The position numbers and the translations under genes are program-made. The notes below the pieces were generated by a model. It was not told where the DNA came from. It saw only the letters and a program-made list of their open reading frames with translations, and searched no databases. Below, piece after piece: positions 51,401 to 63,400 of a stretch of DNA of 64,000 nucleotides. How positions within the stretch are numbered: position 1 is the stretch's first letter; every line of letters begins with the position of its first letter. Location of the stretch: assembly GCA_028711115.1 (NCBI GenBank), contig JAQTSV010000001.1:1496928-1560927 (forward strand), written 5' to 3'. Source of the stretch: Candidatus Omnitrophota bacterium. GTDB lineage: Bacteria; Omnitrophota; Gorgyraeia; Velamenicoccales; JABMQK01.

Positions 51401-54400
51401 TTGCTTGTCTTAACAGCTTCCTCGTCCGATCCAATTGACCTTGTTTCTGTAAAAGTAAAATTCCCGTGCTAAAAATTGAGCCGGAGATTTCGGCATTGTG
51501 CTCATCCGTTGATTCGGTGATCGGCGAAGAAACAATTATGTCATCTTTGTACTGTTCGTAAAATCTGACAAAATTTAATACGCGTTTTCTCAGAAATTCT
51601 GCGCTTCTGCCTCTGGTAGCAGCAGCATCCAAGAAAGCACAGGTAATCAAGAAGGCAATTACTTCCTGGGCTCTGCCTGGTAATTCAATCCCTCTTACAA
51701 AATTCTGGACTATTCTGAAAGGTATCTCTCCTTGCGGCATTGCGTAGAGCGCGCCGTGGATCCTTATGACTTCCAATAATAAATCTCTATTTGGTAAATT
51801 GCTGGCTAATTCCTCGTGTTCCTCCAGCATCATTACTGACTCGGCTTCGTGTCCCGGATAAGTTATTAGCTTTACGCCAATCTCATTAGTGACTTCTGTG
51901 GGTTTAGTTCTTATCTTTCCTATATCATGTAAAACAATAAATGATTCGTAGAATATTCTGTTCTCCCGAGCAGCCAACATTAGCCTATATCTTAAAGGAA
52001 GTTCTTTGTATTTATCCTGGTTATTGAAAATATCAAGCATGGCCTGGAGATGGTCTCTGAGCAAACGCCCTTCTGCATGATAATTTAAAGGATGATTGGG
52101 TATATTAAAATCAAAATACCGCCTTAATATTGCCGGGATATGTAAATCTATTAATTCTGAAATATCGGTTACCGGCGAGCTCGACTGCGCATCCTGTTTT
52201 AATGCCGCCTCAATGGTAGGTATTAAGCTGGCAGTGCCTTTGAGTTCATAAATCTGTATGTCTCTTTCCATATGGATTATTGGATAGCCTGCGCTCTGCA
52301 ATGTAGTCAGGATGATGTCGCCGCCGACTAATTCAGTGAACAGTGTTTTTGAGCCTTTTTCTGCTTCCCTGACATATACAGGTACGTTGTAAGTCGAAAC
52401 ATTCTGTAAGGCATCCAGCACAAAGGCATGGTTAAATGTGGCTATGGGCTGAGTTTCAAATTTAATGTCCTTGAGGATTCTCTGCAAAGCCAGGCTTTCC
52501 ACAAAGACAACTTCTTTTGTATCCCTGTTGTAGAGTATTGTGCCGCCTTTTTGTATGTGTTTGGGATTTTGTTTGACGTATTCGCCTGCAGCATATAACT
52601 GGCCGTTGGCAAACTGGGGATGGACCATAGCCAAAAAGCCTTCGTTCCAGGGATCCTGACCCCAAGGCCTTAAGTCGCCGATGGTGCACTGGCTGACAAA
52701 TTTAACTCCTCTTTTTCTGGCGTATTCAAGAGAGGAGATGTTGAGCTGATGCAGCCTTCCATCTTTAGGCATAATGATATAGCCTTTGCCAACCAGGGTT
52801 GTTTCAAGCAGAGGTACGCCGTTACCGCCTGCCTTAAATATGCCCGGGGCAATGCTTACTGCCTGGCGTGTGGCAAGCGTGGGCAAGAAGACGGGATTTT
52901 TGCCCTGGGGCTGGATGATAAAACAAGCCCTGTTATAGCCAACGTATTCGTTTTGGATTAGTTCTTGGGCGATCTTTTCTTCATCGCCTTCTGTGCAGCA
53001 GAGGATGAATGTCTGTCTGGCGCGGGCTGCTGCTGTATCAAAATAGCGGGACTTCTGCTCCAATATCCTGGCTAAGATGGAAATATTACGCAAATCATTT
53101 CTTCTGTCTTTTAATCCTCTTATAATATCTACCTCTTCGGGTTTGATTTCTCCCTTGGCTAAAGCTCTTTGGAAGGCTTTTTCCAAAGCCTCATCTGATT
53201 CAGGGCTTAAGAGATGCCTTATGTCTAACAATATCTTGGGTACGCCCAATCCTAACCTGGTGGCGTCTCCGCCTGCAGGAATAAGTACTGCCCATTCGCC
53301 ACCGTAGAGGGATCTTCTGAAGGCAATCCTTGCTGCTTCATCGACCTGGCCTCTCAATACTGCGTCATTGCCGGGTGTACCTGCTAAGCTGACCAGGTTA
53401 GACAGCTGGGGATGTTCATTGAGTTCATCCAGATGATCAAAGATACCTTCGCCGTATTGTGATACCAAAGACACCAGGAGCGCCTGGGTGGCTATAAGCC
53501 ATGATTTATCATTAGTGTAGGAGCTGGCTGAGATGACCAGGGGCGAGGAGGAGCGACGCGTATCGGGCATATTTGGCTGCAAATCTGATATTTTTTCACG
53601 AAGACGTATCTCGCTTTCTCTTAAATTATTTGCGACTAAGGCAGAAACCTCTTCACGTCTAAAATCTTTTAGTCCATCTTGACCTAAGACTGCTATTATC
53701 CTATCCCTATAAAACCAATCTAACCAATTTGTTTCTATGTTATTAACCACTGCGTCCAATAACCCTAAGTGTTCATTGTATCTGTCTCCGTAAAATCCGG
53801 TTAATTGCGGTTTGCCTGCCAGCTTCTTCTTTTCCAGCCCTAATTGCCTGAATACTGCAGTATATATAGGTACCAATCTACCTATCGTAGGATTTCCATA
53901 GTCCAATTCTATTTCTTCTGTCAGACTTAAAAAGTAATAACCGTGTGCATACTTGGTATTGAATTGCAACCACTGGCTTATCTGATAAGCCCTCAAATAA
54001 ATCCTGGCTACAAATTCTGTAAGTAATTTTCCTCCTGTTAAATAGGACTCAAGCCAGCAAGTATGTATGCTGGCAGCTGCCCTATCTAAATTCAGATTGC
54101 CTTTGCCAATCAGTATAGCGCCTGAGAAAAATTCAACCGTTGCCTCAAATTCATCTTCTGATATTTTTGAGATATTCCACTGCTCATCTATAGTATGACT
54201 AAGAATTAACGGACGAACCTGTTCTGATGACTTATCGTCGCTCACCGGCGAACTGGACTGTCTTGCCTTTGCATCCTGTTTTAATGCCGCCTCAATGGTA
54301 GGTATTAAGCTGGCAGTGCCTTTGAGTTCGTGAATTGTAATCGGCCTTTCCATATGGGCAATCGGGTATCCGGCATTCTGGAGCACTGTAAGTATTATGT

Positions 54401-57400
54401 CGCCGCCGACTAATTCAGTAAACAACGTCCTTCTTCCTTGCGAATCCCTGTTTCCTTCCCTGATATATACAGGTATGTTGTAAGTCGAAACATTCTGTAA
54501 GGCATCCAGCACAAAGGCATGGTTAAATGTGGCTAAGGGTTGATTTTCAAATTTAACGGTTGCAAGAATTCTTTTCATAGCCAGACTTTCCACGAATACG
54601 ACTTTTCCTGTAAAAGGATTGTAAAGTACTGTGCCGCCTTTTTGTATGTGTTCGGGATTTTGTTTGACGTATTCGCCTGCGGCATATAACTGGCCGTTGG
54701 CAAACTGAGGATAAACCATAGCCAGGAAATCTTCGTTCCAGGGATCCTGTCCCCAAGGCCTTAGGTCACCTATGGTGCACTGGCTGACGAATTTAACTCC
54801 TCTTTTTCTGGCGTATTCAAGAGAGGAGATATCAAGCTGACGCAATGTCCTGTCTTTTGCAATAATATAACCCTTACCGATCAAGGTTGTTTCAAGTAAA
54901 GGCACGCCGTTACCGCCTGCCTTAAATATGCCCGGGGCAATGCTTACTGCCTGGCGTGTGGCAAGCGTGGGCAAGAAGACGGGATTTTTGCCCTGGGGCT
55001 GGATGATAAAACAAGCCCTGTTAAAGCCAAAGTATTCGTTTTGGATTAGTTCTTGGGCGATCTTTTCTTCATCGCCTTCTGTGCAGCAGAGGATGAATGT
55101 CTGTCTGGCGCGGGCTGCTGCTGTATCAAAATAGCGGGACTTCTGCTCCAATATCCTGGCTAAGATGGAAATATTACGCAAATCATTTCTTCTGTCTTTT
55201 AATCCTCTTATAATATCTACCTCTTCGGGTTTGATTTCTCCCTTGGCTAAAGCTCTTTGGAAGGCTTTTTCCAAAGCCTCATCTGATTCAGGGCTTAAGA
55301 GATGCCTTATGTCTAACAATATCTTGGGTACGCCCAATCCTAACCTGGTGGCGTCTCCGCCTGCAGGAATAAGTACTGCCCATTCGCCACCGTAGAGGGA
55401 TCTTCTGAAGGCAATCCTTGCTGCTTCATCGACCTGGCCTCTCAATACTGCGTCATTGCCGGGTGTACCTGCTAAGCTGACCAGGTTAGACAGCTGGGGA
55501 TGTTCATTGAGTTCATCCAGATGATCAAAGATACCTTCGCCGTATTGTGATACCAAAGACACCAGGAGCGCCTGGGTGGCTATAAGCCATGATTTATCAT
55601 TAGTGTAGGAGCTGGCTGAGATGACCAGGGGCGAGGAGGAAATGACGCTTGTTTTTTCAAAATCCAGAGAGCTGCTTGCCGTTCTATTCAAACGACTGGC
55701 GGGGGTGGTGCCAATGGCAGCCTCCGGATTATTGTTTATTGCTTTGAAATCTTCCGCCACGGTGGAATTCAAAACAACTGGTAAAAATCTATTTGTTAAA
55801 TTATTATTGGTTATAGGTGAGGATGATGACGAGATGAATTCATTTGCGTAATCTGCGGTTATAATTCTGCGTTCTCTGTGGTTCTGACGGCCAGCCTCGA
55901 TGGGTGAAGAGGCGCCGCCTGTAATCGGCCAGCCACGGGCTGAATTGCGTTCCGAAACCAAACCTTTATCAAATGGACTGGAGGATTGCACTTCCTGCTT
56001 CAGCACCCGATAGGCTTCTTCCACTTGCTGTGGAATATTAACGTACACGAGAAATCCCCTGCCTTGTGGGCCATATACATCAGGATGCAAACGATAAACT
56101 TCGCCGATAGCCATAGCAAGCATATATCTGAATTCTTTCTCCTCCATTGCTGCAATATTAGATATTTGCGGAGTAAAGCTGATAAGCGTTAATTTCTGCC
56201 ATTTTCTATTCTCTGCTTCATTAATAATTTTATCAAACGTTGCCATTGCCCTTCTCTGGAGAGCCGGATGCTGCAAGACGACAATGCTTCTAACGGCCTC
56301 ATTGCTGCCTTCCAGGAGCGCTAATGTATTGCGGATATTTTCTTCGCTGTTAGTTGAAGTGGTGTCAATGGCTACAAAATCTTCTTCCGGAATTCCATAC
56401 AGATACAAAATATCCCGATAAATTTCTGCTTCTGATTTTTCTTGTAAGCCTGCTATTTTATCTGCATACTGAGAGCGCTGGATATTCTCTCTTAATAATT
56501 CGGTCTCTCTGCCAATGCCTCCAGCGATTAAAATCCTTCTCGTCAATCCTTGTTTGTGAATGCGCGCTGCTTCTTCGATAACTTCAAGACGGCTACTGCC
56601 CAAAATTAAAAGAATATCAGCGCTTTGTATGCCAAACCTTTCAAATAAAGCTTTTGCGCTCATCTGTGCAACATCCCGCTGCGTAAGAAAATCAAGTAAC
56701 ACCTGTGTCTTGACCCTTAAGTCCACTGTCGGGCTTGAGCTTGTGAAATTATTTCTATCATTTGCTCTGATCGGGCTGGAATTGGTAGAATCATTTCTGT
56801 TTTCTTTACTCTGATTTGTGAGCGGACTGGAGCTTTTCTTCTTTTCTTTATCTAGTAACTCCCGTTTCTTTGCTTTGGCTGCTCGCTTTACTGTTCGATC
56901 TGAATCGTTTAGCATAGCATCTGTGATTTCAATAGATTGGGTAGCAGCTTTGATCTCAACTATATCCAATATCTTCTTTACTTCTTGTAAAGCTTGTTTC
57001 AACTCAGCGTGTTTGCCGGCATTAAAGTAAATAAGCGCTTTGTGCATAAAAGAGTTAAACCTGACTCTATCGCGATCACTCATTTTATCTTTATTTTTCT
57101 CGTATTTGTTAATGAAATCTAGATTTAAGGCTGTTGTATATCTAAGAATATATACCGCTGCAGCATCTAAAGACTGCCTTGCATATTCATAAGACCCATC
57201 GCCAAACCTTATCAGTATATTATGGAAAAATGCCTGGAGAGTGTTTCTATCGGGATTATCCTTAACAGGCATATCATTTTCTTTGCTGGCGTAGTCTTTG
57301 ATAAGCGCTATATATTCTTCTTTCAATTTATTGGCTGTCTTAAGCTCTATAATTTTACCTATCGCAATAAACACTACTATTAAACCTCCGACCACTAATC

Positions 57401-60400
57401 CTATATTGCCCAGCGCGTTCATAGATATTTCTTCTACTATGCCTGGAGCAGGAATAAATACAAATAAATCAGGCGTAGGAACTATAACAAAGATTAAAAA
57501 GGCAAACATGGTTATTATAAAAAACCTAAAGAATATCCAAGTTATTCTTGATAAAACTTTATCTTTTATTTTGGAAACAACAAATAACATAATTATTGCA
57601 GCTATTGCAACAGGCCCCAAGAATATTGCAAAGTTAGCAATTAATACGCTTAATAGTTTTGTAGAAATTCCTGTGATAATAGCTCCTCTCAGAATATAGA
57701 GTAAAACTCCGCCTAAAAACATGCCAGCTACCCCTACAACTGCATCTCCCCAACCCTTCCATATTCTCTTACCAGGTTTTGCTCCGACTAAGAATGGGCC
57801 GATAACCATAGAAATGCCGAAGAAGTAAGAAATAAATAAGCAGATGGCATTGGTGAAATCCAAGCCTACTGCGAAAGCAAATATGGTAATAGAGCTGATA
57901 AAAACACCGAGTATAACCTCGCCTCTGAGAATATTAAGGTATCCGCCTTTCATAAACTTACCAATAAAAGGAATTCTGCCGGGAATAGAACTGCTCCCAA
58001 TAAGCAGACCTAAGGTTAAACAAATGGGGATCATAATAGAAACGATTGGCGCAACCGCACCGAATTTCATTGTAATAGCTATACCCGCGGCGAGACCAAA
58101 AATTGCGCCTACTATTGGCAGTATAATACTGCGCATCCAATCCGCCTTAGTTGGTTCTCCCATACTAGTATCTTTCTTGACTACCCAGTATTCCTTCAAT
58201 ACGTTGCAATTATCATAGCCTGCAATAGCTCCAGACGTTACAAATATCCAAGGCACTCCTTTATAGCTTCGTATTTGAGCCAAGGTTTCAATGGCAAAAC
58301 GATGAGCGAAAAGTAATATATCTCCGGGCCGCTCACTAAACCAGCGGGCAGTAGCCATCCAAGAATTCGTAAGCACAAGACCAAAGAATGCGAAAATAAT
58401 GATAGTGGGCCAGCTCGCTCCAACCACAAAAGCTAATAAGGCTGCTACAGTCATACCAACAAATGCTTTCCAGGTCTTTATGCCGGACATAGCTTTTGCA
58501 GTAGCGCCCAATCCGTTCAAAGCTGCTATCTGGTTAAATAATGTTCCGATGATAAGAAAGATAAATGAAATTCCTACGAATGGCAGTATATCTAAAATTA
58601 TACCCACAGGTATAAAAATGATATTCAATAATGCCAATGGCATAATCGCATAGAAATCTTGCACATTGCGCCTTGCCTCTTTTTCAAACCACGACTCAGG
58701 CCCTAATTCGCCTATATTCTGCAGAATAAAATCGCTTAACATATTGGTTAAGCCTTCTGACCAGCGCACTGTAGCACTGCCTTCTTCGCCAGGGCTAAGC
58801 CATTCCCTTAATTTAGACCATATAGCTTCTGATAACGCGAATTCCGGCCTCTGGCCTAAACCAATGGCATTATGTGTTTGTGCCCAGATATCAGCGGTAT
58901 CTTCGCTGGGATGCGGTAAGTGCGGGCCAAGGCCTATAATTCCGTAACGATACCAATCGGCATATTCAGAGAAATTATATATCGTTTGTGCATCTATTGT
59001 AATAGGCATAACAGGAAACATATAATTGAGCATTGCCGTTAAATATCCTTCCGGACCCTGATCCATCATTCTCTCGAAGTTACCCCAACCAGAGCACAAC
59101 TTATCGTTTAAAGACCACATAGAATATCCGTGCCCGCCTTCGACTAACCACGACATCCTGCCCATATGCATAAGCCTGTTAGAGGTATTACGGGAACTTG
59201 TCGTTAGAATAAGATTGTCGTTGCTCATCATCCTCTTTAAATCCCGGATAAATGCGGGTAAATCCAGGCAGTTACTATTACGGTCCATAATGGCTAAAAT
59301 CTTAAAATTCTTAACTATCTTGTGTGGCAATGTTTCCATGCTGACCATTGCTCCGGATTTAGCAGCAAATACAGTGAATGTATGTATAAAATAGCTGCTG
59401 CTATTATCATTGCCTAACAAATAATCCACCAGCTTCATCATCTTCATATAATTAGCAAACTGGGGTGGTACTTCTTTGCCTTTTTTAAACAATTTTTGCC
59501 AGTTTGAAGTAGGTATAAAACAGAAATTATTTCCCCAGCCTTGTGCCCTTATCTCTTTTAGCATTGCCATAATATTAACAAGCACATCGAATGAGCCCGC
59601 GCCTCCGCCTAACGGCTTTACACCGCCAACTTTGATAAAGAAAAATGTCTTTACAAAGAAGGCTATTTTAAGTTTCTCTTTTTGTGCTTTTTTAGTCTCT
59701 TCGTCGAATTCTTCGTCTAATTTGATTTTGCAATTCTCTGGAATTTTATCATCTTCTATCTGGTCTAAAATACAAAGATCAATCCCGGATGCTTTTTCTC
59801 TCTCGGCTAATAACTTAAGGCATTCTTCTATTAGCTTCCAGAAATCTTCATCTTTCATATTTGCCTGTAGGCCAAGCTTTATGGCTGCCCATTCTCTTAA
59901 TTGTTTTAGCGCAACTTCGGCGCCCAAATCGTCGTTTTCTAATAACCAGTTTAAAGCCCTGATTATAGATTCTGTATCTGTGCCGGCTCCATCGTTGGCG
60001 AGGAAATGACCGACGTAATTTAATAAAATCTTTTTACCATCGCGTAAAAAGCCCTTGATTTTATCTTCATCAATCTTTACTCTTTTCATTGGGCCAAAGA
60101 TTATACCGGTCAGATACTGTATCAATGACCATATACCATAATGCATAGTAGTCAAAATGAGCAGCGTAGTAAGGTTGGCGCCGATTAGCCTTGTAATCAA
60201 GCCGCTTGCGACGTGGTCTATAAACCAAGGCATACCCACCCAGAACATCAATAAACCCAATGCATTAAATATAACATTATGGGCGATAATCATGCCTATT
60301 GTCCTGTTTCTGCCCGGCCCGATTGTCGGTCTCCAATCACGATAGATAGAAAGGGCGATGACAGAATGTTTCCAGAATAAGTAACCATACGCTTCCAATG

Positions 60401-63400
60401 CGAATATCGTAAATAATATAGTTTTAAATAAGAACGCGCCTGTAGTTATCGCTGCCGGCAAATTAACGACTACAAGATAAGCAAATAACGCAAAAGTCAA
60501 TCCTAAGGCTATCCTTAATAGTCTTAAGAATGCATTTTTACCCATACCTAAATATCTGAACCGGGAAAGCTGGTTCCACTCTACTATTGAGGTAATTACT
60601 ATTAATACAAGCGCCAGAATTATAAACGGCTGGGAGATAAAACTTAAACCCATGGTATGAGTTAATCCCAAAAGAACGCTGCTGGTTAAACCAAGCATTA
60701 AGAAACGCAGGTATTTTGAAGCTATGAATAATGCGAAAGCATGGATGGACTTAGTGCCCAAGCCCAACATCCTCCTTATTGAACCAAATCTTAAATTTCC
60801 TAATTTCTTGAAACCATGCAAAGTAAAGAAGTTATTCATGTGCTCTTGGTTTACAGCGCCGTTAATAATACCCATTTCTGCAAGAACTTTTCCAAATAAG
60901 CCATTATCTTTTCTTCTTAAAGCATCTCTTAAAACTATGAAGGCATTGTCAAAATACGCTGTTAATTTAGCATAAATTTCGGGATCAGATGTGCCTTTAG
61001 CTTCATACACGCTATCTTTGGATCCACGCGAGAACTCAGCGCCTGCAATTCTTGATGCCTCTCGCAAATATTCATCAAAACCGGAAAGTATGCGTTCTTT
61101 CTCACTAGCGTCTTTTGTCTTAAGCCACTGTATGATTAACTTTAATACCTGTTCTGCGTGAGTAAAAAATTGGATGGTCGGATCGTTACAAACCACTGAC
61201 TTCTTGCCAACCGGCGTAGATAAAGGCGACGATGACTCTGTCTTTACGTCAAGAATCTTTCTTATTCTCTCATGGGCTTCTTCTACGACATCAGGGTCTA
61301 TGTCAGGTTTTCCTTTGTTGGGCTTGATTTGCGTCTCAACAAACTTCTCCCATCTTTTCTTATCTCTGAAGTGTTCTTTCAATAATATCAATATAGGTAT
61401 AAGGACTGAAATTACTAACAAAATGATAAAGAATGCACCTGTTGTTATGGACTTTACGGAAGGAACAAGGGCAGGCACGGATTTGCCGTATTCGTTAATA
61501 TGGACCATGCCGTTTTCCCAATAGTCACTGCCGAACCAAATATTAGCAGCTGACCAGTACTGATCCTCTCTGCCAGTTTGAGCATCATATTTTACCTTTA
61601 ATAAATGAGCGATTGGCTTTCCGTATTCATTGTATGCATCCGAAGGTTTCAGATATGGCACGCTTAAATCATAAATAACTCTTTTCTGATAAGGCAAGAA
61701 ATACCTTATTGGATGAGCAATCTTTTGTTCATATGTCTCGCCATATAAACGATTATATATAGTCACAAATTCCTGTATTTTTAAATTTCCGTTTTTAACT
61801 GAATAGAAGAACCCTTCTTCATTGCCTTCTCTGCCATATTTTTCGAAAGTTTTTTCTGTGCCTGGCTCAACCGATAACCAATTCAGATGGAATAATCTAT
61901 TGCGATTTAACCAATAGTCTTTAATTTTGAAACTTTTGATTCCAGGCAATATTCCGAAAGGAGCTCTATTGACGGAATCTTTCTCAAGCCACCACTGATT
62001 AAATGTAAGTTTCTTTTCGCTTTCGCTTACTATCCTGTTAGTCATAACCGACCTGCCCAGCGGATCGCCTGGGATAAGATATTCAGAGGTGGGTTTTCCA
62101 TGATAAATATCGGAGAAATATGTTTCGCCTGTAACTTCATCCGTTCCTTTGAAGAATGGCGTATCTCTGACTATTCTTAATTGCGAATTGCTTGTAATGC
62201 CTATCAGCGCTAAATCGCTCCAGATATCGCGGTTATATTCTTCAGAATAACTATTTACAACGCCAGAGGGTATTGCCTCTTGCATTCTTTCCATAGGCAT
62301 TGCATCGTAAACATTGGATATCTGGTCACCCAAGACTACTCTATAACTACGCAATGAACTCCTGATATCCCAGTTTACCGTTACAGATTTGTAGAGCTCA
62401 TGTTCTGAGCGGTCGGAAACCAATATCCTGCCGAACGGGTCGCCTGAAACTCTGTAATCAACCCAGTTGTTTGTTAATACGCCTTCCGGAAAATCTTGGC
62501 TATAGAAATATTGTGTGACTTCTTCGCGCTGCAATCTTGTCTGGTCGCCTATGGCCATACCTCTGTCTGTGGCCCAATCACTTCTAATGCGATAAGGCAA
62601 GTTAGCAACTGAACCCAGCACGCCTTCAACACTTGTTTCATTGGGATATTTTATTTCTAAGATAAGATTCCCTTCATAAGATACAGAAGCAGAATTTGGC
62701 AGTGTGGGATTATATCCAAAATGATTTTCTATAACCCATTCCCTAAAGCTACGCGTGAGCCTTAACCCCAAGAGATTATAGATATCTGTGCGTTTAATGT
62801 TCTCGATTAAATCTGTCGTCTCCCAAGTTGTCCTTCCGCCAACCATACCGCTGGTTCGTTTTGCTTTCTCAAATGGCACTAATTTTGGCGCCGGAATATT
62901 CGGGATATTGACGAAAACATCCAGGTCAAGGTATTTAGACTCGCTTGACCAGGCCATATTCAAGAATAAGGCAAATACTCTACCGTCATAATCATAAGTG
63001 GTACTACCGATAAGCCTGAAGTCTCCGGTTGCCGGGTTCCTCTGATAAGATTCTTCGCTAAGAACTGCACCTGTAGCCACATCAGTTATGCGCGCGAAGT
63101 TAAACATCTCATCGCTTGCGAGCTTTTTGACATTCCACTTTGTCTCGCCCATGTAAATTAGGTCTTCTCTGTTGCCTTCTTCATAAAGCTGCCAGTCGCC
63201 TGAAAATGCATCGGCAGAAGTCAATCCCTTGCCTTGGGCGCCTTGTTTATCGTAATAGTTCCATGACTTACTTGCGCGCCTCATATATTTCTGTAACATT
63301 ATCTTTTCATAATCAAGTTCGCCGCTGGCGTCATAACAAGTATAATCATAAACGCTCTTTATGCGCATATTGCCTTGCTGGGTGATTTCCCACAAAGTCG

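Noticed and set aside
53077-55395. Two identical 76-aa plus-strand ORFs (53077-53307 and 55165-55395) as a duplicated small gene.
   Set aside because: They are antisense by-products of the near-identical duplication of the UDP-sugar-pyrophosphorylase-like module on the minus strand.
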